From Candidatus Acidiferrales bacterium (GTDB taxonomy: Bacteria; Acidobacteriota; Terriglobia; Acidiferrales; UBA7541): a DNA stretch of 64,000 nt. The notes under the pieces were generated by a model that saw nothing but the letters and a program-made list of their open reading frames with translations, was not told the DNA's origin and searched no databases. The stretch lies in the NCBI GenBank assembly GCA_035933545.1, contig DASYYQ010000146.1:37668-101667 (forward strand), written 5' to 3'. A program made the position numbers and the translations under genes. Positions 55,955 through 64,000 of the stretch are shown here, piece after piece. Position 1 is the stretch's first letter; every line of letters begins with the position of its first letter.

Positions 55955-58162
55955 ATGAGACTCTGCGTACAGCAGTTCCTGCGATTCAGTTTTCTTGCAG
56001 TTGCCTTTCTCGGTTTCTCCGCAACCAGCCACGCACAATCGAGCGCTACGCTTTTTGGCCGCGTAACCGACCGCAGCGGCGCGGCTATCGCCAGCGCGAC
56101 AATGATCGCCGAGCCGCTGTCCGCCACACACGCAGCAGAAATTCGCGCGCAGAGCGGTGCGCATGGCGAATATTCGATCATGCTTGGGCCTGGGAAATAC
56201 CGCATCCGCGTCAGCGCATCGCAAATGGCAAATGCGGAAGAGGAGTTCACCTTCAGCGCGGGCCAGCGCCGCGAATGGAACGTGCGCATGGAACTTGCGC
56301 CGCTCTCGTCACAAGTCGTAGTATCCGCAGAAGCAGAGCCCGCGCCGGCGAACACGGTCGCGTCTCCTGTGACCGTCCTTGCGCAACAGCAGATCGACCA
56401 GCGCCAGGTCATTTGGCTCGCCCCGCTCCTCGCCTCCACATCGGGCGCAAATATCGCGCGTCTCGGCCCTATGGGCGGCATCACTTCCTTTTTTCTTGAT
56501 GGCGGTAATTCCGATTTCACCAAAGTGCTCGTCGACGGTACTCCCATAAACGAGCCCGGCGGCGACATCGATCTTTCGAATCTCGATGTGGCCAACATCG
56601 ACAAAATCGAAATCGTGCATGGCGCTTCCAGCGCGCTTTTCGGCTCCGACGCCATGGACGGCGTCGTCCAAATCTTTACTCACCGTGGAACCACGCAAAA
56701 GCCGGCGTTGACGCTTCTCGCCGAAGGCGGAACGTTCAATGCGCAACGCGAACAAGCCGATTTGAGCGGCGTCATTGGCCACTTCGATTATGCGCCGGCA
56801 GTTTCTTATTACGACAGCAACGGTCAGGGCCCCAACGACCGCTTCCGCGACACCACGCTTTCCGGAAATTTTGGCTGGAAATTCAACAGCACAAATCAGC
56901 TCCGCCTTTCCGTCCGCAGCGCCGCAAGCGACGCCGGCCAGCCCGGCCAAACGTTGCTCCTGCCACCGAATCTCGGCCAGTCCTCCGATTTGCACGATTT
57001 CACTGCGAATTTGAGCTGGGATTTTTCTGCTGGCGCGCATTGGCAGGATCATCTCGCAGGCACCGAATCCTATTTCCGCGGCTTCATCATCGATATTCCG
57101 GTATTCACGGAGATTAACCAGTTCAATCGCGCCGGTTTCGAGGAGCAATCCACATATTTATTCGGCCCGGGCGCTGTTTCTCTCGGCTACAACTTCGAGG
57201 TCGAGAATGGATCCTCGGCCGGCCCGCACGAACGCAGAAACAATCAGGGTGGCTACATCGAAACGCATTACACATTTGGCCGCCGCCTAACCGCCGTTGC
57301 TGGCGCCCGCGCCGAAGCGAACGCTAGTTTCGGTACGCGCGTTGTCCCGCGAATCGGGCTCGCCTATCTTGCGCGATTCGGTCGCGGTTTCTGGGGCGAA
57401 ACGCGCCTGCGCTCTTCCTACGGCTTGGGCATCAAGGAGCCAACCTTCACGCAATCCTTCGAGGCCGATCCCTGTTTTCCGGGCAATCCAAATTTGAAGC
57501 CGGAGCGCAGCAACACCTTCAACGCCGGCATCGATCAGACTCTTGCGCAAGAGCGGGTGAAATTCTCGGCAACGTTTTTCCGCAACGAATTCCGCGACGT
57601 TGTCAGCTTCGCATCATGTTTTCCCGGCTCACCGTGCGGCTTTCCCGTTCCTCCAGGATGTCCTGCGGCAGAACTGAACGCCGACGGCTACGGAACATTT
57701 TTTAATACGGATGCGGCGCGAGCCTTTGGCGCAAGCGCGCAAATTGAAGCGCAGCCGCTTCCCTGGCTCAACATTATTGGAAATTACACTTACGACGATA
57801 CGCGCGTCCTGAAAGCGCCGAATTTTTTCGATCCTACGCAGGCCCCAGGAAATCGCCTGTTTCTTCGGCCTTTGCATTCCGCGAATTTGATTTTGAATGC
57901 CGCCTTCCGCCACATGGATTGGAATTTGGCCGGATATTTCGTAGGCCGCGAAACAGACAGCGATTTTCTTGGATTCGGATTCATCAGCAATCCCAGCCAC
58001 TTTCGCCTCGACTTGGGGACGCAATTCTCGCTGACGCACGGATTTGTCGTCCTCGCGCGCGCGCAAAATCTGCTCGACCATAGATATTCAGACGCCGTCG
58101 GCTATCCCGCTCTCGGCCTGAATTATTTGGCAGGCGTGAAATACGCCTGGGGCGGAAAGTAG
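55955..58162 (+). CDS. TonB-dependent outer-membrane receptor (BtuB-like function inferred), with CarboxypepD_reg-like N-terminal domain
   Basis: ATG at 55955 lies after GGAGG. Signal peptide MRLCVQQFLRFSFLAVAFLGFSATSHAQ. FGRVTDRSGAAIASATM is the CarboxypepD_reg-like segment. Plug motifs are IARLGPMGGITSFFLDGGNSDFTKVLVDGTPINEPGG and IEIVHGASSALFGSDAMDGVVQI. The terminal barrel strand is ...GLNYLAGVKYAWGGK. The first 89 codons of the track ORF cover the riboswitch and are discarded. Confidence 0.85.
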   Translation: MRLCVQQFLRFSFLAVAFLGFSATSHAQSSATLFGRVTDRSGAAIASATMIAEPLSATHAAEIRAQSGAHGEYSIMLGPGKYRIRVSASQMANAEEEFTFSAGQRREWNVRMELAPLSSQVVVSAEAEPAPANTVASPVTVLAQQQIDQRQVIWLAPLLASTSGANIARLGPMGGITSFFLDGGNSDFTKVLVDGTPINEPGGDIDLSNLDVANIDKIEIVHGASSALFGSDAMDGVVQIFTHRGTTQKPALTLLAEGGTFNAQREQADLSGVIGHFDYAPAVSYYDSNGQGPNDRFRDTTLSGNFGWKFNSTNQLRLSVRSAASDAGQPGQTLLLPPNLGQSSDLHDFTANLSWDFSAGAHWQDHLAGTESYFRGFIIDIPVFTEINQFNRAGFEEQSTYLFGPGAVSLGYNFEVENGSSAGPHERRNNQGGYIETHYTFGRRLTAVAGARAEANASFGTRVVPRIGLAYLARFGRGFWGETRLRSSYGLGIKEPTFTQSFEADPCFPGNPNLKPERSNTFNAGIDQTLAQERVKFSATFFRNEFRDVVSFASCFPGSPCGFPVPPGCPAAELNADGYGTFFNTDAARAFGASAQIEAQPLPWLNIIGNYTYDDTRVLKAPNFFDPTQAPGNRLFLRPLHSANLILNAAFRHMDWNLAGYFVGRETDSDFLGFGFISNPSHFRLDLGTQFSLTHGFVVLARAQNLLDHRYSDAVGYPALGLNYLAGVKYAWGGK

Positions 58163-58268
58163 TCCGAGTTCGCGTTCGACGAGACAAATTGGCTCCTCAG
58201 TCATATGCTGGGCAACGCTGCCGCGCGAGCCGACAGCTGCGTGCGGGATGTTATAATTCGAGGATTCG

Positions 58269-59783
58269 ATGAGCGCGACGAACTCAAGAACGACAACGGC
58301 AAACGCGGAAGGCACGTCGCGCGTCTCCGCCGAACTGCGTTCCCGCTACGAATGCGTCGCCGGCCTCGAAGTACACGTGCAACTCGCGACGGCCACGAAA
58401 GCGTTTTGTGCGTGCTCCACGCGATTCGGCGATCCGCCAAATACAAATGTCTGCCCCGTTTGCTTGGGCTTGCCGGGTGCATTACCTGTGCTCAATGGGC
58501 GCGCCCTTGAGCTGGCGACGAAGGCCGCGCTAGCGCTGCATTGCGATGTGCAGCAGCGTTCGCGGTTCGCGCGCAAAAATTATTTTTATCCCGATTTGCC
58601 GAAGGGCTATCAAATTTCGCAATATGAGCTGCCGCTTGCTACGGGAGGCTGGCTCGAAATCGAAATCAGCGGCGCCAAAAAGCGCATCGGCATTACCCGC
58701 CTGCACATGGAAGAGGACGCAGCGAAAAATTTACACGAAGGCTTCACCGACGCTGCCGAATACAGCCATATTGATTTCAACCGCTGCGGTGTGCCGCTCA
58801 TCGAAATCGTCAGCGAGCCCGACATTCGTTCGCCGGAAGAAGCCTACGCATATTTGACCACTTTGAAACAGGCGCTCGAATATACCCAGGTTAGCGATTG
58901 CAATATGGAATCAGGCTCGCTCCGCTGCGACGCTAACGTCAGCGTGCGTCTACACGGCTCCGATAAGTTTGGAACGAAAGTTGAAGTAAAGAATCTGAAT
59001 TCGTTCCGTTATTTGACTCATGCATTCGAGTACGAAATTGACCGTCAGATCGGCGTTCTCGAATCGGGCGGAAGCGTCTCTCAAGAAACGCGCCTGTGGG
59101 ACGTCGCAACGGACCGCACGGAGCCGATGCGCTCTAAGGAATTTGCGCATGATTATCGCTATTTCCCCGAGCCCGATTTGCTGCCGGTGGAAATCACCGA
59201 GGCGCGAAAGCGCACCATTCTTGGTGACATGCCGGAGCTTTCCGATGCCAAGCGTGCCCGCTTTTTGGCCGAATACGGACTCAGTGCTTACGACGCAGGG
59301 GTGCTAACCGCAACCACAGCGCTTGCGGATTATTTCGAATCAGCTGTTCGGGCTGGTGCGTCGCCGAAAACCGCGGCCAACTGGATTCAAACAGAATTGT
59401 TGCGCCGTTTAAATGACGCTAACAAAGGTATTTCACACTCGCCGGTTCAGCCCGAAGAGCTCGCGGATTTGTTGCGGCGCGTCGAGAGCGGCGAAATCAC
59501 CGGAGCCATCGGCAAGCGCGTCTTTGCCAAAATGTTCGGAACCGGAAAATCAGCGGGCGAAATTATCACCACAGAAGGCCTTTCGCCCATCAGCGATACG
59601 GCCGCCGTGGAGAAGGTCTGCCGTGAGGTCATTGCGAAAAATGCTGACAATGTGGCGAAGTATCGCGCAGGCAACGAAGGAGTATTCAAATTTTTCGTAG
59701 GCCAGGTGATGAAAGAAACCAGGGGCCGCGCCAATCCGCAAGCGGTGAATGAAATTCTGGCTAGATTGTTGCAGCAGACATAG
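58269..59783 (+). CDS. gatB: Asp-tRNA(Asn)/Glu-tRNA(Gln) amidotransferase subunit B
   Basis: [13 protein letters not shown]...TKAFCAC...[21 protein letters not shown]...[19 protein letters not shown]...EEDAAKN is canonical GatB. A C-terminal YqeY-like tail is present. Confidence 0.9.
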   Translation: MSATNSRTTTANAEGTSRVSAELRSRYECVAGLEVHVQLATATKAFCACSTRFGDPPNTNVCPVCLGLPGALPVLNGRALELATKAALALHCDVQQRSRFARKNYFYPDLPKGYQISQYELPLATGGWLEIEISGAKKRIGITRLHMEEDAAKNLHEGFTDAAEYSHIDFNRCGVPLIEIVSEPDIRSPEEAYAYLTTLKQALEYTQVSDCNMESGSLRCDANVSVRLHGSDKFGTKVEVKNLNSFRYLTHAFEYEIDRQIGVLESGGSVSQETRLWDVATDRTEPMRSKEFAHDYRYFPEPDLLPVEITEARKRTILGDMPELSDAKRARFLAEYGLSAYDAGVLTATTALADYFESAVRAGASPKTAANWIQTELLRRLNDANKGISHSPVQPEELADLLRRVESGEITGAIGKRVFAKMFGTGKSAGEIITTEGLSPISDTAAVEKVCREVIAKNADNVAKYRAGNEGVFKFFVGQVMKETRGRANPQAVNEILARLLQQT

Positions 59784-59796
59784 AGGTGAGGACCAA

Positions 59797-60267
59797 ATGA
59801 GCGAGCTACTCAAGGTCGGCGAACGAGCGCCGGACTTCAAATTGAAAGCTGACGATGGAAGAGACATTGCCCTCAAGGATTTTCGCGGTAAAAATGTTGT
59901 GCTGTATTTCTTTCCGAAGGCTATGACCCCTGGTTGAACCAACGAAGCGTCCGAGTTTCGCGACGCGAAGAAGAAGTTCGACAAGCTGAACACTGTGATT
60001 CTGGGGTGCAGCGCGGATTCCGTCGAGCGCCAGGCAAAATTCAAAGAGAAATACAATTTAAATTTCGCACTGCTCTCCGATCCGAAATTCGAGGTGATCG
60101 AAGCCTACGGCGCGCGCAGAATGAAAAGTTTCCTGGGAAAATCTTTTCTCGGAATCGTGCGCATGTCTTATTGGATTAGTCCTGAGGGTAAAATTCAGTA
60201 CGTGTGGGATAAAGCGCCGTCGAAAGGCCACGCCGCCGAAGTGCTCGAAGAAATCAGCCGGAGTTGA
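59797..60267 (+). CDS. bcp: Bcp/PrxQ-type peroxiredoxin with in-frame TGA (putative selenocysteine) at codon 47
   Basis: ATG at 59797 lies after GAGGTGAGG. Track ORFs 59749..59937 and 59995..60267 are in the same frame and are separated only by the TGA at 59935-59937. The joined product is [46 protein letters not shown][TGA]TNEASEFRD...[11 protein letters not shown]...NFALLSDP.... This aligns with E. coli Bcp ...VLVYFYPKAMTPGCTVQAC..., placing the TGA on the peroxidatic Cys. Confidence 0.65.
59947..59966 (+). other. candidate bacterial SECIS hairpin downstream of the in-frame UGA
   Basis: GCGUC-CGA-[GUU]-UCG-(C)-GACGC forms 8 bp with one bulged C and a 3-nt apical loop containing GU. The loop G lies 17 nt after the UGA. 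This was found by manual pairing only. Confidence 0.4.
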
Positions 60268-60294
60268 AAGCCGCATCGAGCGTCAAACGCGGTT

Positions 60295-60864
60295 TTATTT
60301 CACCTGAACCGGCGCTTTCAGCCGGAAGCTCAACACCGTATTCGACGGGTAATAAACGTCGGCTATTCCCTGCGATGAGATTGAATCTGCGTTCTCATTT
60401 CCAGCCGCAGCGCCTCCCGAAGCAGCAGTTCTTCTGTCCGTGGCTTTTGCTTTTACTGGCGTTCCAGTCGCGCCGGCGACGCCCGCGTTTGTTGGGGTGT
60501 CGTTCTCCGGCTGTGGCGGCTCGCCGGCATAGTGGGCCGAAACTGGATAGGCGCGTCCTCCTACGGTGATTGCGTCGAGACGCAGGACGAGCACGGCCGG
60601 CTTGGACGAATCGCCTCCGGGCTGCGCTTTAGCGACGTAAACCGCGGCTGGCGCGCCTTTCGGAAGCAAAACGTCTCCGTCCACCACCACGTCTTTAGCC
60701 ACGCTGGCTTTCACACGTTGATTGTGTTTCGCGTTCTTCGAACTAATGGCTTGATCAAGAATAATCATGATATCCGTATTTGGCGGAATGGTTTGCGCAA
60801 ACACCGGAGCTGAAAACAAGAGTGCGCAAGAGAAAATCACTAGCGAGGAAGGAAGGATTCGCAT
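60295..60864 (-). CDS. secreted hypothetical protein
   Basis: Start at MRILPSSLVIFSCALLFSAPVFAQ (signal peptide). The body is beta-rich with a low-complexity Gly/Ala/Thr linker. I recognise no family. Confidence 0.5.
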   Translation of the reverse strand: MRILPSSLVIFSCALLFSAPVFAQTIPPNTDIMIILDQAISSKNAKHNQRVKASVAKDVVVDGDVLLPKGAPAAVYVAKAQPGGDSSKPAVLVLRLDAITVGGRAYPVSAHYAGEPPQPENDTPTNAGVAGATGTPVKAKATDRRTAASGGAAAGNENADSISSQGIADVYYPSNTVLSFRLKAPVQVK

Positions 60865-60921
60865 CGCGGTAGGTCTCCTAGCAAAACGGGCGGCAAAAAC
60901 AATCATACAAGAAGCGAGCTA

Positions 60922-61791
60922 TCAAAGAGATACAGAGAACTCCTGACGCCCATCGATAAACAGATTATCAATCAGCCGGGTGGACCCGACATGCGCGGCA
61001 ACGAGCAGGAGGCAGGGGGCGCGGACAAAATCGAGCGGATCGAAGGAATCTTCGCTCACGAGCGCGGCATAGTCCAATTTGGCGAGCGGCTCGGCATTGA
61101 TGACCGCGTGAACGGCCTTCAGAATTTCCGCCGCAGCACGCGAGCCGGAAGCGATTCCGCGGCGCGCGGCGTCCAGTGAACGGTAGAGCGCGGTTGCGGC
61201 GCGGCGCTCGGCCGGATTGAGATATGCGTTGCGCGATGACATGGCCAGGCCGTCCGCTTCACGCACAATCGGGCAAACAACGACTTCCGCATCGAGATTC
61301 AGATCGCAGACCATCTGGCGAATGATGCGTGCTTGCTGCGCGTCTTTGCGCCCGAAATAAGCGAAATTCGGGCGAACGATTTCGAAAAGCTTAAGGACGA
61401 CGGTGCATACGCCTTGAAAATGGCCGGGGCGAATGCGGCCTTCGAATTTGTCGCTCAGGCCTTCCACGCGAATGGACGTGCGAAATCCAGGCGGATAAAC
61501 TTCGGCGGCTTCAGGAGCGAAAACGTAATCCACGCCAAGCGATTCGAGCAGTGCGCAGTCATGCTCAAAATTGCGCGGATATTTCTCAAGGTCTTCGCCG
61601 GGGCCGAACTGCGTGGGATTCACGAAAATCGAAACAATCACCGGCGAGCATTGCTGTTTTGCGGCGCGCACGAGAGAGAGATGGCCTTCGTGCAAAGCGC
61701 CCATGGTGGGAACGAAGCCAATGATGCGCTGCGAAAATGCGGCGAAACGCGAAACGTGGTTCATCCAATCGACGCTGCGAATGATTTCCAT
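60922..61791 (-). CDS. panC: pantoate--beta-alanine ligase
   Basis: GFVPTMGALHEGHLSLVR...VSIFVNPTQFGP.EDL..YPR...PGHFQGV.TVV.KLF..V.P..AYFG.KDAQQ are canonical PanC motifs. Confidence 0.9.
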   Translation of the reverse strand: MEIIRSVDWMNHVSRFAAFSQRIIGFVPTMGALHEGHLSLVRAAKQQCSPVIVSIFVNPTQFGPGEDLEKYPRNFEHDCALLESLGVDYVFAPEAAEVYPPGFRTSIRVEGLSDKFEGRIRPGHFQGVCTVVLKLFEIVRPNFAYFGRKDAQQARIIRQMVCDLNLDAEVVVCPIVREADGLAMSSRNAYLNPAERRAATALYRSLDAARRGIASGSRAAAEILKAVHAVINAEPLAKLDYAALVSEDSFDPLDFVRAPCLLLVAAHVGSTRLIDNLFIDGRQEFSVSL

Positions 61792-61806
61792 GTGGCGTTT
61801 TGATTT

Positions 61807-62310
61807 TCAGTTGTGCGGCTTGCCAACTTGCTCTCGAAAGAAGGCGATGAGATCCGTGGTCAACGGCGTGGCGCCAAGCTGACGAAGCATGCTAGTGATT
61901 TGTCCGCGATGATACGTCCCGTGATTGACCAAATGCTGCAGCATTTGCCACATGGGATTCGAAAACGCGTTGCCTTTGGTGTTCTTGTATTCGACGACGC
62001 GATCGAGATCTGCACCTGATAATGTTTGAATGAAAGCGTCCAAATCTGCTTCGATTTTTTGCCAGCGAGCGCGAATGGATGCGAGGTCAGCAAAATCGCC
62101 TCTAGGAAAGCCGGGCGAGCGGTCGAGCCAGCGTTCGAGCCACAGCCATTCGGCTAACATGATATGAACTAGCGTGTCCTGCACAGACGCAAAACTGGAA
62201 TGAAGGTTTTCGGTGAATTGCGCGGGAGAAAGCGGCGCGCACGCGTCGAGAACGCGATGATTGGCCCAGGAATTGTAGGAGTAAAGAGTGCGAACGTTGT
62301 CGAGAGTCAT
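61807..62310 (-). CDS. DinB-family (four-helix-bundle, metal-dependent) protein
   Basis: MTLDNVRTLYSYNSWANHRVLDA...VQDTLVHIMLAEWLW...LQHLVNHGTYHRGQITSMLRQLG shows the DinB His triad contexts. The upstream part of the track ORF is Arg-rich and discarded. Confidence 0.8.
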   Translation of the reverse strand: MTLDNVRTLYSYNSWANHRVLDACAPLSPAQFTENLHSSFASVQDTLVHIMLAEWLWLERWLDRSPGFPRGDFADLASIRARWQKIEADLDAFIQTLSGADLDRVVEYKNTKGNAFSNPMWQMLQHLVNHGTYHRGQITSMLRQLGATPLTTDLIAFFREQVGKPHN

Positions 62311-62324
62311 GGCAATTCCATGTG

Positions 62325-63248
62325 CTAGCGCGACTTCATTCTCGCCGCTTCGAGCATCTCCTTTGGCGAATGAAACGATTCCGCGTCGGATGGAAAGCGG
62401 CCGGCATGAACGTCGTCGCAAAATTCGCGAGCTGCGCGCGAAATTTCTGCACTTACATTCGCGTATTGGCGCGCGAACTTCGGAGCGCCGCCGAGAGTCA
62501 AGCCGATCAGGTCGTGAAGAACGAGCACTTGGCCGTCGCATTCCGACCCGGCGCCGATGCCGATGCTAGGAATGCGCAATTCGCGCGTGATGCGCGCTGC
62601 GAGTTCGTGCGGAACGGATTCCAGCACCACGGAAAATGCGCCCGCGGCTTCCACGGCGCGAGCGTCGCGCACCAAACGTTCCGCGGTTTCGGTGGTTTTT
62701 CCCTGTACGCGGAATCCGCCGAACTCGAGAACCGATTGCGGCGTGAGCCCGATGTGCGCCATCACCGGAATTTCCGATTCGACCAGGCGAGCGATCAGTT
62801 CGAGACGCTTTTCGCCGCCTTCGATCTTCACTGCTTCAGCGCCGCCTTCTTTCACCAGGCGAATCGCGTGGCGAAGAGTTTCTTCGGCGGAAATGTGGAA
62901 TGTGCCGAAGGGCATGTCGGCCACAAGAAGGGCGCGGCGCGTGCCGCGGCGAACGGCGCGCACATGATGGAGCATTTCTTCGGCGGTGACAGGCAAAGTG
63001 TTTTCGTAGCCGAGAACCACCATGCCGAGGGAATCGCCGACGAGCAGAATGTCCACGCCGGCTTCATCGAGCAACCGCGCCGTAGGATAGTCATAGGCGG
63101 TGAGGCAAGTGATTTTCTGCTGCTTGGTCTCAGAATTTTGCGAATGCGAAACGCTCGAACCGGCGACAGGGCTTTTGCGACGAAGAATGTCAGGCACGGT
63201 AACTTTCCCGTTGCCCGCACTTTTGTCTGCAGGGGGAACAACGCTCAT
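62325..63248 (-). CDS. panB: 3-methyl-2-oxobutanoate hydroxymethyltransferase
   Basis: ATG at 63248 lies after GGAGGTCAA. KITCLTAYDYPTARLLDEAGVDILLVGDSLGMVVLGYENTLPVT...ADMPFG...AVKIEGG...MAHIGLTPQS are canonical PanB motifs. About 45 aa of N-terminal extension are present. Confidence 0.9.
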   Translation of the reverse strand: MSVVPPADKSAGNGKVTVPDILRRKSPVAGSSVSHSQNSETKQQKITCLTAYDYPTARLLDEAGVDILLVGDSLGMVVLGYENTLPVTAEEMLHHVRAVRRGTRRALLVADMPFGTFHISAEETLRHAIRLVKEGGAEAVKIEGGEKRLELIARLVESEIPVMAHIGLTPQSVLEFGGFRVQGKTTETAERLVRDARAVEAAGAFSVVLESVPHELAARITRELRIPSIGIGAGSECDGQVLVLHDLIGLTLGGAPKFARQYANVSAEISRAAREFCDDVHAGRFPSDAESFHSPKEMLEAARMKSR

Positions 63249-63393
63249 GTTGACCTCCGGTGCCGCCCCTGAAATCGGGTGCAGCCCATCAACAGCACGA
63301 TTATAGCAGAAAAGGCCGTTGCCGGGCACGGGCCTGTGGGTGGGCAATTTTGGGGTGTCCGAAAATGGACATTGCAGTGAAAAAATGACGAAA

Positions 63394-63474
63394 AAACTCG
63401 ATTAGAAATTTCTTGGTCGCTGATTTTGCGAGACTTAAGGGAAGTTCCAATTTACCATAGAAACTCGATTAGAA
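63394..63474. repeat. two copies of a 14-bp direct repeat AAACTCGATTAGAA in the panB upstream region
   Basis: Perfect copies lie at 63394-63407 and 63461-63474, 67 bp apart start to start. Confidence 0.5.
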
Positions 63475-63579
63475 TTGCGGATGCGAAGATAAGGCGAAGG
63501 CTGTTGACGGGTGAGACGTCAATCATACCTTGCACTAGGCGCAGCGCTCGGGAAGTCCGATCGAGTTTTGCAAGGGCAA

Positions 63580-63971
63580 AAGCAGATCCTTCGACTTTGC
63601 GAAAGGCCGCTCAGGATGACGCCCAAAGGTACAAGCAGACGCATCGGGACTCCCTCGGGATGACAACCAAAAGGCGAAAGCCGCAGAGTCTCCGAGACGC
63701 GAGACTCTGCGCTGCAGGGGCTGCGGCTGCGCGCTACCCTCGATGCGTCAGGGTAAAGGCGCGCGGCGAGCAGCGCCGCTACGAGGCCTACGTTTGGGCG
63801 ACCGGTGTAGGGATTTCGGGTTTGCGGGCTTGGGGTTCGACGACGGGGTTCAGCCGCGTTGTCCCGTTGAATATGCGTTACCTTGCGTGATCCAGCGCAA
63901 GCTCGCGCGGGTGAAACAGCGAGATCGAAGATCTGTCTCCAGATTCTTTTTGGCACGGCTGAAGCCGTGCC
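63580..63971. repeat. cluster of REP-like intergenic repeats and GC-rich hairpins
   Basis: CTCAGGATGACGCCCAAAGG (63610-63629) and CTCGGGATGACAACCAAAAGG (63654-63674) are direct repeats. One hairpin is GAGTCTC-N8-GAGACTC (63686-63707). Another is GGCACGGC-TGAA-GCCGTGCC (63952-63971), followed by CTTACAAAA. Only Arg-rich, low-complexity ORFs occur on both strands. Confidence 0.45.
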
Positions 63972-64000
63972 CTTACAAAAACTGCGGCAGGTCTAGGTAA

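Noticed and set aside
55756-57148. Two long minus-strand ORFs (55756..56655 and 56309..57148)
   Set aside because: They are antisense to the TonB-dependent receptor and to riboswitch 2. The receptor has a signal peptide, plug motifs and a terminal barrel strand. The antisense products are Ser/Arg/Ala-rich.
62322-63272. 316-aa plus-strand ORF
   Set aside because: It is antisense to panB, whose motifs are canonical.
63832-63848. GGGGTTCGACGACGGGG, reminiscent of the 5' tRNA-like end of tmRNA (GGGG...GGAUUCGACGGG)
   Set aside because: There is no 7-nt GGGG-type acceptor strand plus 4-5-nt spacer in front of the UUCGAC block. There is no recognisable resume codon or Ala-rich tag ORF within the remaining 150 nt. 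The flanking sequence consists of REP-like repeats. It cannot be excluded without the sequence beyond the window; a tmRNA covariance-model scan would settle it.

Overview
This is a GC-rich, densely coding chromosomal segment with about 60 supportable genes and no rRNA, tRNA, CRISPR or obvious mobile element. The gene families point to an Acidobacteriota-type genome. These include two ADOP-type duplicated MacB-like permeases plus a relic of a third, TonB receptors with a CarboxypepD_reg-like N-terminus, and REP-like intergenic repeats. Most of the content is housekeeping: yggX, etfBA, acpP-fabF, map, rpmB, hslVU, gatB, panBC and a three-gene acyl-CoA carboxylase. Between these sit several regulatory and redox modules. 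Observations worth a second look, best first: (1) A Bcp-type peroxiredoxin has an in-frame TGA exactly at the peroxidatic-Cys position, followed by a SECIS-like hairpin, so it is a probable selenoprotein. (2) An ECF sigma factor is fused to a complete zinc anti-sigma (HxxxCxxC) domain. It heads a co-directional USP / micro-ORF / OsmC / TolC-MFP-RND / DUF2892 cluster. (3) An MBL-fold hydrolase carries a C-terminal PilZ-like domain. (4) A small Zn-ribbon/STAS/PilZ gene set converges on a sigma54 two-component system. That system lies downstream of two ATPase-less ADOP permeases, which have a -24/-12 element and a perfect 16-bp palindrome between them. (5) Two cobalamin riboswitches sit in one B12-uptake locus, apparently with different expression platforms. 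(6) A secreted tandem M42 peptidase has a first copy that has lost all of its metal and catalytic residues. All calls come from reading the ORF translations and the DNA by eye. No database search or RNA folding was run, and start codons are best guesses.
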